Positions 1-7,994 of a stretch of DNA of 53,734 nt are shown one piece after another. The translations under genes and the position numbers were made by a program. Location: positions 1 through 53,734 of IMG/VR virus record IMGVR_UViG_3300003691_000007; one strand, 5' to 3'. Source of the stretch: a virus (taxonomy: Duplodnaviria > Caudoviricetes). The first letter of the stretch is position 1. Each line of letters opens with the position of its first letter. Below the pieces are notes generated by a model. That model did not search any database, was not told the DNA's origin, and saw nothing but the letters and a program-made list of their open reading frames with translations.

Positions 1-111
1 CACTTTGCTTGGCGCTCGATCATCAAATTCTGACATATCATCGCGTTCGGCCAGCTTGTTTGAATAACTGTAAATCCTGCCTGTACCTTTTTGCTTTAGC
101 ATTTTAGCCAT
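1..111 (-). CDS. Small virion-region hypothetical protein, runs off the window edge
   Basis: ATG at 111 preceded by AGGTAAAAGAA; reads MAKMLKQKGTGRIYSYSNKLAERDDMSEFDDRAPSKV, open to position 1. Not in the ORF track. Confidence 0.65.
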   Translation of the reverse strand, partial: MAKMLKQKGTGRIYSYSNKLAERDDMSEFDDRAPSKV

Positions 112-124
112 TTCTTTTACCTAT

Positions 125-529
125 TTAGATATCAATAACAACCATGCTTACCTTAATCTTTGCTGTAGCAGCATTATTTAAGATTGTCATGGTAACGTCT
201 GTTTCAACATCGTAAACTTCACCGTTGCTATGAGCCTCTTCTGTAGTGGCATAGCCAGATACAGTAGAACCAGCAACATTGCCATCGGCGCCATCAATAT
301 AAGCATCGACATTGGCATCACCAATATCAAGCGTTAGTGTTGCGCCTTCCGGTGTCAAAACAGTTACTACGGCTGCCAGCATTAAAACACCTGCCGGAAC
401 CGTAAACAATGTTAACACATCATTGGTCACATGGTTTGTTAGTGAAAAATCAATCGTATTAGAGATAGTTCGTGCAACAGGGCTCACACCTGGAATACCT
501 GAACCTACTGAATAATCGGCATTTGCCAT
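125..529 (-). CDS. Capsid-associated (decoration/cement-like) protein
   Basis: 134 aa, beta-rich (TLDIGD...YIDGADG), directly downstream of the major capsid gene; GAGGA SD. Confidence 0.65.
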   Translation of the reverse strand: MANADYSVGSGIPGVSPVARTISNTIDFSLTNHVTNDVLTLFTVPAGVLMLAAVVTVLTPEGATLTLDIGDANVDAYIDGADGNVAGSTVSGYATTEEAHSNGEVYDVETDVTMTILNNAATAKIKVSMVVIDI

Positions 530-541
530 GATAATATCCTC

Positions 542-580
542 AAAAATTTAAAGTAGGTCCACCAGTTCATTAGTGGACCT
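542..580 (-). terminator. Stem-loop after capsid gene (leaky terminator or mRNA stabiliser)
   Basis: Minus strand AGGTCCACTA-ATGAAC-TGGTGGACCT (10-bp stem, one G-U) followed by ACTTTAAATTTTT. Confidence 0.6.
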
Positions 581-586
581 TGCTAT

Positions 587-1495
587 TTATACCTTGGAAA
601 CAACACCATGTACCAGAGCTTCAGGGTTCTTAACTTCATACCCATACACACTTAGTCCACGGTTTAGCGTACCGAATGTGCTCTCTGCACGTAAACTCTC
701 ATTGTTTACAAACTGATTTGCAAACGTGAGTGCCGACTTGTGACAAGCAATAATGTCAGTCTTACCTGAAACAGTATTGAGCAAGTTGCTTGAGAACACT
801 TCAAAGCGGTCAAGCATACCAATACTTCCATTACGGAAGATGGAAGTACCGTCACCAGCTAGACTTGCGTCTCGTAGGTCCGACTTCTTAATCATTCCAC
901 AAACCCATGCTGGAAGAATAAGGCCGCGATTTTCCTGGTCAATGTCTTGCTCGTCAAGAATAACGCCAAGATCAACGATGTATTCCATGACGTTACTGGG
1001 GTCAAGGACTATCGGAGCGCCAGAAGTTCCAAGATTGATATCACCACTGATTTTACCAGCGGTAGTACCAGAGTTTGCAGCGTGAGCATCGGCATAGATA
1101 TCGCCAAAAATGTCACGCTCGATTTTGATCTTCATCTTCTTAGCGGCATCACCCGTCCAATCAGCTTCATAATCATAATCAGATTGCTTTTCGTCAACGT
1201 CTTCGGAAATAAACGACCAATACTTACCTTTGTCGATCAACAGTTCAACAGTATCAGGCTCAGGGCGCTGATTAATGAGAGTTTGACCTTTGTGGTAGTC
1301 CTGGATATCAATGTCAGGAGTTGTTCGGATTACTACCTTATCACCCATAGCCTTAATTAAGCCTTCATAATCGGTGTTAGAGATAGAAGAAAGGCAGGTT
1401 GCTTCGTAAAATTTACGGAGCATTTTACCTGCCCAAATTGTAGGATGCATACTCCCTGAATGGGATGGTACGCCTGATGCTGATGGATAAGCCAT
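587..1495 (-). CDS. Major capsid protein (HK97 fold, P22-coat-like group)
   Basis: 302 aa; PTIWAGKMLRKFY...ISNTDYEG.I...GDKV.I and C-terminal RGLSVYGYEVKNPEAL motifs; follows the scaffold gene. Confidence 0.9.
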   Translation of the reverse strand: MAYPSASGVPSHSGSMHPTIWAGKMLRKFYEATCLSSISNTDYEGLIKAMGDKVVIRTTPDIDIQDYHKGQTLINQRPEPDTVELLIDKGKYWSFISEDVDEKQSDYDYEADWTGDAAKKMKIKIERDIFGDIYADAHAANSGTTAGKISGDINLGTSGAPIVLDPSNVMEYIVDLGVILDEQDIDQENRGLILPAWVCGMIKKSDLRDASLAGDGTSIFRNGSIGMLDRFEVFSSNLLNTVSGKTDIIACHKSALTFANQFVNNESLRAESTFGTLNRGLSVYGYEVKNPEALVHGVVSKV

Positions 1496-1499
1496 TTTT

Positions 1500-1527
1500 A
1501 AATCACCTCAGTTTAGCGAGGCGACCT
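1500..1527 (-). promoter_or_regulatory. Hairpin occluding the capsid gene Shine-Dalgarno
   Basis: AGGTCGCCTC-GCTAAACT-GAGGTGATTT: 10-bp stem (3 G-U) whose 3' arm is the SD GAGGTG. Confidence 0.5.
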
Positions 1528-1534
1528 AACAAGC

Positions 1535-2374
1535 TTATCCTTTCGTGATAAGTCCTGCGCGCCCCGCAGCTTCAATTTGCGCTTCAATTTTCACGGCATC
1601 GTCATCTGAAATTCTTTTTTCAGCGCAAGCCTTGTAGAAAGCAGATACTTCACTTTCTTTGAAACCCTTAATTTGTCCTGCTTGCGTATCAACCGCAGCC
1701 TGACTATCTGGTATAAACTCTGCTCTATCGGATAGTTTTGGAGTCTTTTTAGTGTGCGCTATGTATCTTTTGAATACAGCCACAACAGTTTGACTATCTA
1801 ATACACCGTTAGCGTGTTCAAGAATCGCTCTCATTGAATTACCAGAGATATCGTCTCTTGTATCACCTAGCCAGTGCATAAAGTCTGGAGAATCGTTGAT
1901 CTCGTTAAAGTTTGGTATTGCTGCGTCAACTTGCGACCAATAGAAGTCTACTTTCTTCTTATGAGCGTCCTTACGCATGGACAACACTTCATCTTCTAAC
2001 TTTTTGGTCTTACCATCGATAGCCTTATTCGTGGCATCGGTAATACCTTCAACCAATTCACTTCCATACTCGTTAGCAAACTCTTCACTAAACAGACTTT
2101 CATTACCGTTTTTAGTCGTTAGCTCTTCAACTTGTGTTGATAAAACATTTAGCTTTTCAGCTAGACTTCTGTTCTCGGCCTGTAGTCTTGGGACCTCCTG
2201 CCGGTATTTTCCGTCTAATACAGAGTACTTATGCTCCCAATCAATACTATCGGGCTTTTTAGTACCTGCACCTTGGTCAAGTGTTCCCTCATTGGGAGTT
2301 TGGCCTTTAGCTTTTGCAATCGCTTCATCAGCAAGTCGATCTTGCTCTATAACTTGTTTGGGTAAATTACCCAT
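1535..2374 (-). CDS. Capsid scaffolding protein
   Basis: 279 aa, acidic and coiled-coil (WEHKYSVLDGKYRQEVPRL); lies between portal and capsid genes. Confidence 0.8.
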   Translation of the reverse strand: MGNLPKQVIEQDRLADEAIAKAKGQTPNEGTLDQGAGTKKPDSIDWEHKYSVLDGKYRQEVPRLQAENRSLAEKLNVLSTQVEELTTKNGNESLFSEEFANEYGSELVEGITDATNKAIDGKTKKLEDEVLSMRKDAHKKKVDFYWSQVDAAIPNFNEINDSPDFMHWLGDTRDDISGNSMRAILEHANGVLDSQTVVAVFKRYIAHTKKTPKLSDRAEFIPDSQAAVDTQAGQIKGFKESEVSAFYKACAEKRISDDDAVKIEAQIEAAGRAGLITKG

Positions 2375-2390
2375 CTATCCTACTCCTAAT

Positions 2391-2483
2391 CGAGCCTATG
2401 CCACTCTGAGGTATTCGTTAAACGAGCCTTTAGCATGGTGTTCGGTTACTGCTTAATACTGTGGTGTTCGCTTGTTTCGAGTC
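2391..2483 (-). promoter_or_regulatory. Repeated-motif leader of scaffold gene (candidate cis-regulatory RNA)
   Basis: CGAAYACC three times (2463-2470, 2437-2444, 2410-2417) and GRCTCG three times (2478-2483, 2423-2428, 2391-2396) just upstream of the SD. Confidence 0.5.
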
Positions 2484-2511
2484 ACAATAAAAGCACTGGC
2501 ACAATACGCGC

Positions 2512-2784
2512 CTAATAATCGGTAGCGTGTGAAGACAAAACTCTGTTACGTTCTGTCAACTCTTCTACCTGTTCTCTGTCATTATATAAGTCATTTATCC
2601 TACGCACAAGAGAGCCAAGAAGTGATATAACCGCTTGATTTCCTTTGACTTTATCAAAATCCGGCTCCGTTCTTAACTCTTTCATCACCAGCGAATCTAG
2701 CTCTTCCAGGTAAGGTACAACCTCTTTCAACCTAAAGCTATCGGCCTTCAGCGGGATAGCCTCGTTTATTAAATCGTCATACAT
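2512..2784 (-). CDS. Small conserved-position protein between portal and scaffold
   Basis: Start moved to ATG 2784 (MYDDLINE), overlapping the portal 3' end; 90 aa, helical. Confidence 0.7.
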   Translation of the reverse strand: MYDDLINEAIPLKADSFRLKEVVPYLEELDSLVMKELRTEPDFDKVKGNQAVISLLGSLVRRINDLYNDREQVEELTERNRVLSSHATDY

Positions 2785-4867
2785 TCTGCATCGCCTGTGC
2801 GTTAGCTTGCTGTTCTTGCTGCTGCTTGCCAAGTGCTTGCTGTTGCGCTTGTTGCTCTAATTCAGCTTGTGCTTGAGCCTGTTCCTGCTCTTTTCGCATC
2901 ATGTTTTCCATTTCATCGCGTGTCGGTATGATTTCATCACCGTCTATTTCATAAGCCTTTAGTGCGTCACGTAGTAACTGTGCGCGACCAGGTAGTCCTA
3001 GAATCTTCAGGTCCACTTCATTAACTGTAGCTTGCAAAAATTCTTTACGTCTTAATTGCTGCTGCTCTTTAACAATGAGAGATTTTGCGCCCTGTGCTTT
3101 AATTTCAAAGTCACCTTTCGCAATATTATCAAGAGGACCCCACACCAAAAGATCAACGTATGTTTCCTTTGTAACTCGCTCAACCATCTTATCAACCGAG
3201 GCAAGTATCTTCTTGATACCACGTCCGGCACTGTTCATCAGCATTGATAGTCCGCTGGCAGTAGCACCAGCACCACTTACATCAGACTCACCGTAAGCAT
3301 AAGATGGTATTCCGCTGTATTGGTCCGCAAGTGAACTGAAGTACTTATAAACAGACATTAACTCGTTTGAATTGCTTGATACCTGGAAGAAGTTTATTGC
3401 CTTACTTCCGGCTCCAGATGATTTGCTAGACTTTGTTTGAAAAATTCTACCCGGATACCACTTAGTTGCATCCTCACCTTCAGCAAGTCGATCTTTATGC
3501 ACCTCGGCCATTGGGCCACTAGACATTCCCATGTTATTAGATAATGCTCTGGCGCAAGCATTACACATGCCTTGAAGGTCTTTTATGATTTCAGGTACGC
3601 CAATACCCCAAAAAGAACCACGGATTATATCCATCGATCTAACAGAGTACGGCCTTTTACCTAAAGGATGGTCGTTTAGCTTGGCGAATATAACTTCATT
3701 ACCGATAAATACAACCTTAGCCTGGTATTGCTTGCTTGAATCTTTTATCTGCTCAGTACTCATACCCCAATCAATAAGCATTTGACCTTTAACTGTTGTA
3801 TGGTGTTCTATTCCATCAATTGTGCCATCGGGTGTATCTCTTAAATCGGCACGTTCACGACCTTCTAGGTGTCTTAGCTCAGAATCAATCCATAACCAAT
3901 TTTCTAAGTCTCCGCTAATGTCATTTTCTAAGACACGTCTTATTGCATTAGGATTGTACCCACTCATTCGGGCCTCGCCTGACTCAACTGCAACAGCTAT
4001 ATTGTAAAGCATCGATTTCTCAAAGTTTATTCTCTCACTGATAAAGCCGCTATCAGGACACTTTGAGTTAGGCGATGGGTACAGGTTGAATGGAGATACC
4101 GCGTAATACTTTCGTTTAGGTACAATTTTTACAACCGGCTTAAATCCAGGGCCCCATGTAAGTTTCTCTTCCATCTTAATGACCGGACCTTTCATGATCC
4201 CAGCTTTAAGAGTGACCATATCACTCACGAACCCTTCTAATTCATCATACCAACCACCTTCTAGTAAGATATCATCGATAGCATCTTCCGCGATATCTGC
4301 GCGTCTTGCCGACTCTCGCTTCAGCTCCCTAATGAATATTTCCTTAAATTCCTTCACTGTCTTGTGCATATCTTCCTGGGTTTTAGGTATTACTATGCCA
4401 GCCTCGTCTAATTCTCCAGTACTATCAACATGCTTTTGAGCATACTGCTGTATTCGTTCGATTATTTCAGGGGGCAAGTCAGGAATTGGAGATGGAGTTA
4501 CACTATAAGGTCTATCACTACCCATCATGTCGGAAAGCCAGGCTTCAGCCGCTCTACACTTAATCGATGTTAGCTTCATGTATATTTCTGAACCACCGAA
4601 CGAGCGTATCTGCTGCAATTTTTGCGCTGAGTATTCGCCCTTACGCTGCCTCATTGACTCCAACATTTCTTCTTCAGGCACTCTTTTGGCATCCCTGGCC
4701 ACTTGCCATTCCCTGCGACAATGGGCCGCAAGCTCAAGAACAGGGGCCTCCATTTGCTTTTCCTGCTCTAACTTGTCTGCCTTTTCAGTATCCAGCTGCT
4801 CCTGGTACTGTTCGTTGCTCTGTACTTGCATGAAGTTACCAGTGCCTAACCTTTGTATAGCGCCCAT
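2777..4867 (-). CDS. Portal protein
   Basis: About 696 aa after terL; NDHPLGKRPY, GSFWGIGVPEII, ADQYSGIPSYAYG, TASGLSMLM motifs and Q-rich tail. Start placed at the TAATG overlap with the terL stop (track gives 4876). Confidence 0.9.
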   Translation of the reverse strand: MGAIQRLGTGNFMQVQSNEQYQEQLDTEKADKLEQEKQMEAPVLELAAHCRREWQVARDAKRVPEEEMLESMRQRKGEYSAQKLQQIRSFGGSEIYMKLTSIKCRAAEAWLSDMMGSDRPYSVTPSPIPDLPPEIIERIQQYAQKHVDSTGELDEAGIVIPKTQEDMHKTVKEFKEIFIRELKRESARRADIAEDAIDDILLEGGWYDELEGFVSDMVTLKAGIMKGPVIKMEEKLTWGPGFKPVVKIVPKRKYYAVSPFNLYPSPNSKCPDSGFISERINFEKSMLYNIAVAVESGEARMSGYNPNAIRRVLENDISGDLENWLWIDSELRHLEGRERADLRDTPDGTIDGIEHHTTVKGQMLIDWGMSTEQIKDSSKQYQAKVVFIGNEVIFAKLNDHPLGKRPYSVRSMDIIRGSFWGIGVPEIIKDLQGMCNACARALSNNMGMSSGPMAEVHKDRLAEGEDATKWYPGRIFQTKSSKSSGAGSKAINFFQVSSNSNELMSVYKYFSSLADQYSGIPSYAYGESDVSGAGATASGLSMLMNSAGRGIKKILASVDKMVERVTKETYVDLLVWGPLDNIAKGDFEIKAQGAKSLIVKEQQQLRRKEFLQATVNEVDLKILGLPGRAQLLRDALKAYEIDGDEIIPTRDEMENMMRKEQEQAQAQAELEQQAQQQALGKQQQEQQANAQAMQNV

Positions 4868-6327
4868 TATGACCATGCTCCCGCGTGTGGTGTTACTTTT
4901 TCTTGTGCAATGACTCGGCCCTCAGACTTAATCATCCCGAACCTCACGCCATACGCTGCATATTGCAGTCCATCATGCGGGTGAGAGTATTTGTTCTTTA
5001 GCGGTGAACTCTTATACCTGGTATCACCTTTAATCTGTAGCCTCTCGATCTTGTATCCACCAAGAAAGCCTTTTCTTATTGTCTTGCAATTACCTCTATC
5101 GAGAATCATGCCCGGCTCACCGTTGACCATGATGCTCATGTATCGAGAAACGTTATCTAGCCTGAAGTCAATCGCATTAGAACCAGCCGGTTCCGCAATG
5201 ATTCCTTCTTCCTCCATAAAATCAAACGCTGACCTTTCATCATCACCCTTAGCGACTCCTGCCGGATCACCAAAAGAAATAATACTCATGCCGGCATACT
5301 CGTTAGCCAGGTGAGGAACAACAACGTCACGGCAAAATTTCCTTATTCCCATTCCTTCGCCTTCAGTATCCACGACCAATTCATCAAGTATTCTAAATTG
5401 ACCCATCGGTGAAAGCTGGGTAATAATGGCTGTAGGTGTGCGACCAAAGTCAAAGCCGATAATCAAAGGCAAGCCTCTTAATACTTCCAGTTTATCCGCA
5501 CTGTGAATAAAATCGTTATATTCCGGATAGCATGGCCGGCCATCCTGGACACTTCCGTAAAGGCCCTGGATATATACCTTAATCCATTCCTTCGTTTTAC
5601 CTGGTATGAGCCTAGCCCAATAATCAAAGCCTAACTCATGATTCTGTACGTTCTCAGCCTTACCTATGTTCGGTATGTATGAATTTCCGAACTCAATCAT
5701 TGCTGGAGGCTGTTGGTAAAACTTCCAATTTTTCGGACACTCTTCCTCTGCGGCCTTATACCACCAATGGTCATCATCAGGTGGATTAGTATCCATAATC
5801 GCACCAGACCAGTTAAATCCACCATTTTCTTTAGATGGATAGCGGCCTGTCCTACTCATTCCACCGTCAATAAGGCTCTTTCTTGTCTCGCGGGCCTCAT
5901 TAAAGAATATCCCGGTCAACTCCAACGAAAGAAGTTTCTTAACGTCTTTCTCTTTTTCAAGAGATATGAAGTAGATTTCAAGCCGCACATCATTCACGTC
6001 TACATTTGCCCTAATTGGCGCGTCATACACTATCTTTGTAATAGGGTACGGGAACCAATCAAGCCAGGTTTTGATCGTTGTTGTTTTTAATTCTGCATAA
6101 GTATTCCTTGTTATCGCCCATCTTGAGCGCCTTAGACCGTCATACCCCTTAACCTGGAGAGATGCCAGTCTAAATATTTCCTGGATGCACCCAACACTCT
6201 TGCCACTACCTATTGGACCCATCACACCGCGCATGAAATAATCGCTCTGACCGTGAAACTTGGCCAGTGTTGGTTCAGCCTTATAGGTTATGGTGCGCTC
6301 TTTACGCTCCACGATCACCTGACACAA
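4867..6327 (-). CDS. terL: Terminase large subunit
   Basis: Walker A GPIGSGKS, RNTY, ELTGIFFNEARE, DTNPP; RNase H-like GFDFG, GDPAG, SHPHDGLQY. True start may be a slightly downstream GTG. Confidence 0.95.
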   Translation of the reverse strand: MCQVIVERKERTITYKAEPTLAKFHGQSDYFMRGVMGPIGSGKSVGCIQEIFRLASLQVKGYDGLRRSRWAITRNTYAELKTTTIKTWLDWFPYPITKIVYDAPIRANVDVNDVRLEIYFISLEKEKDVKKLLSLELTGIFFNEARETRKSLIDGGMSRTGRYPSKENGGFNWSGAIMDTNPPDDDHWWYKAAEEECPKNWKFYQQPPAMIEFGNSYIPNIGKAENVQNHELGFDYWARLIPGKTKEWIKVYIQGLYGSVQDGRPCYPEYNDFIHSADKLEVLRGLPLIIGFDFGRTPTAIITQLSPMGQFRILDELVVDTEGEGMGIRKFCRDVVVPHLANEYAGMSIISFGDPAGVAKGDDERSAFDFMEEEGIIAEPAGSNAIDFRLDNVSRYMSIMVNGEPGMILDRGNCKTIRKGFLGGYKIERLQIKGDTRYKSSPLKNKYSHPHDGLQYAAYGVRFGMIKSEGRVIAQEKVTPHAGAWS

Positions 6328-6613
6328 GTATTGTTATTTCAGCCGATCCCGTAGGCGCTGTAGCTGCTGCAAATCCTGCTCTCACTTCATGTATTCCAGC
6401 AACAAAGCCAGTTTTAGTAGTGGTAGTATCCTGAGCAATTGTCTCAAGCAATGACCACTGAGCTGAATCGTCACCAGTTTTTGGCCTGGATTGAATAAGG
6501 ATATCCGCGCCACTAAAGGAACCAGCAACAGAAACATCAAAGTTTCCACTAACTAACTTTGTTACCCATGTATCGGCTGTAGTTAATGTACCTGTCTCTC
6601 TATTGATATTCAT
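6302..6613 (-). CDS. Small beta-rich protein, possible head-spike base
   Basis: 103 aa, ATGA-coupled to terS; VSVAGSFSGADILIQSR...W pattern. Confidence 0.55.
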   Translation of the reverse strand: MNINRETGTLTTADTWVTKLVSGNFDVSVAGSFSGADILIQSRPKTGDDSAQWSLLETIAQDTTTTKTGFVAGIHEVRAGFAAATAPTGSAEITILVSGDRGA

Positions 6614-7113
6614 TTTTCATCATTCCCGTAATTGTAATTCATGTTAATTTCAACGCCACCGTCTAACTCCATCTTATCAGTAAACAGCTTATGGTGCTTG
6701 CCGACCAATTCAAGTGCTTTATCCTTATCAACAAGATCAAATCTTGTCACAACATCACCAGATTTACTGACGCTATGGCTTATCCCTTTAATGAGCCTAC
6801 GTGTGGCCGCGTTCATCTCCATAAGTGTTTTTGGACTGCCGTCTTCATGAAAAAAGGCGATAGGATCAAACATTGCTCTTTCTGAAAGCTCAATCATCAC
6901 ATCGACAGCCTCCATCTCATTCTTAGCATCAGCCCTTTCAACCACCTTATTTATTATTGCCAGTACCTTCTCATTCTTCATAAGCCTGGCAGCCGCGACC
7001 GATGGAGAAGAGTACCCAGCAAATTCAGCCGCTTTCTTCTGCTTGTACCCGTTTTTAAGGTATTCGTAAGCAAAAGACTTCATTTTTTCCGTGATTTCGC
7101 CTTTTCTTTTCAT
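6610..7113 (-). CDS. terS: Terminase small subunit
   Basis: N-terminal HTH (FAYEYL...AAEFAGYS...AARLM) and C-terminal DKDKALELVGKHHKLFTDK typical of Terminase_2. Confidence 0.9.
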   Translation of the reverse strand: MKRKGEITEKMKSFAYEYLKNGYKQKKAAEFAGYSSPSVAAARLMKNEKVLAIINKVVERADAKNEMEAVDVMIELSERAMFDPIAFFHEDGSPKTLMEMNAATRRLIKGISHSVSKSGDVVTRFDLVDKDKALELVGKHHKLFTDKMELDGGVEINMNYNYGNDEK

Positions 7114-7115
7114 GC

Positions 7116-7535
7116 TTACATTCCCCCGGGTGTTCGTATTGGCTTTAATTCTTTGGCCCTTAACCCATATCCGAACACTTCACAGTATCCATAGTTAAAA
7201 GCATCCTCACCAGTGAAGTCATTGGCGTTTACCATGTGTATAACACCGTCTATAAAGCACGAGTTATGGCCGCATATATCCTGGACCTCATGAAAGTCAT
7301 GAAACTTTATCGAGTAATCGCTATTTTTTGGCGTGTAAAGCTGGTATTCGGTCCACCTTTCATTGCAATTGCTACCGTTAAGCGCTGGCTTAGGTCCAAG
7401 ATCAAAGCTGAAGTCAGGCTCAAGCCTATCTGTAACCCTAGTAGTGTTAACAATGGGAGTGCATGAAGCGATAACAAGGATCATCAACATAGATAACGCC
7501 ACGTTTACAACCATGAAGTAGATTGTGTTCCTCAT
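7116..7535 (-). CDS. Putative lipoprotein
   Basis: Start moved to ATG 7535 (TAATG overlap, GGGAGG SD); MRN + hydrophobic stretch + IASC lipobox-like; four further Cys. Confidence 0.6.
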   Translation of the reverse strand: MRNTIYFMVVNVALSMLMILVIASCTPIVNTTRVTDRLEPDFSFDLGPKPALNGSNCNERWTEYQLYTPKNSDYSIKFHDFHEVQDICGHNSCFIDGVIHMVNANDFTGEDAFNYGYCEVFGYGLRAKELKPIRTPGGM

Positions 7536-7975
7536 TACTCGAACCCTCCCCTGTGTAGTACTGTCTCCCGACAATGTATGTTCAATCCTGTAACCTTCTC
7601 CCCTAATGAGTTAAGATATTGCCCCTTAGTGTAGGCAAAGGTACAGTACTTGTACCAAGTGTTCACCACACCATAGAGGATGAACTGGGGTAGTGTACCC
7701 TCTCCCCACTGGCCATTACCCTCTGGATCATCATATACAATCAGATCGGAGCTCTCGCAAAAGAATTCATCCCCTCCAAGGTATACCCCACCACAGAAAG
7801 CCCGATCCACCACTAGATCATCTGGACTACTAGCATCATACGGCACATGGGTAACTTGAACATAAGTAGTCACCTCTGCTGCCTCTACAGAGTAAGTAAC
7901 CCCCAACATCAATAGTATTAGGATAGCCATAACCATCTCAGCACTATTGAATAACTCCACTATCTTTTTCATCAT
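7535..7975 (-). CDS. Putative secreted/periplasmic protein
   Basis: 146 aa; hydrophobic N-terminal segment ending VEA-AE; four Cys; AAGG SD. Confidence 0.65.
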   Translation of the reverse strand: MMKKIVELFNSAEMVMAILILLMLGVTYSVEAAEVTTYVQVTHVPYDASSPDDLVVDRAFCGGVYLGGDEFFCESSDLIVYDDPEGNGQWGEGTLPQFILYGVVNTWYKYCTFAYTKGQYLNSLGEKVTGLNIHCRETVLHRGGFE

Positions 7976-7994
7976 ATCTACCTTTTAAGTTAAA

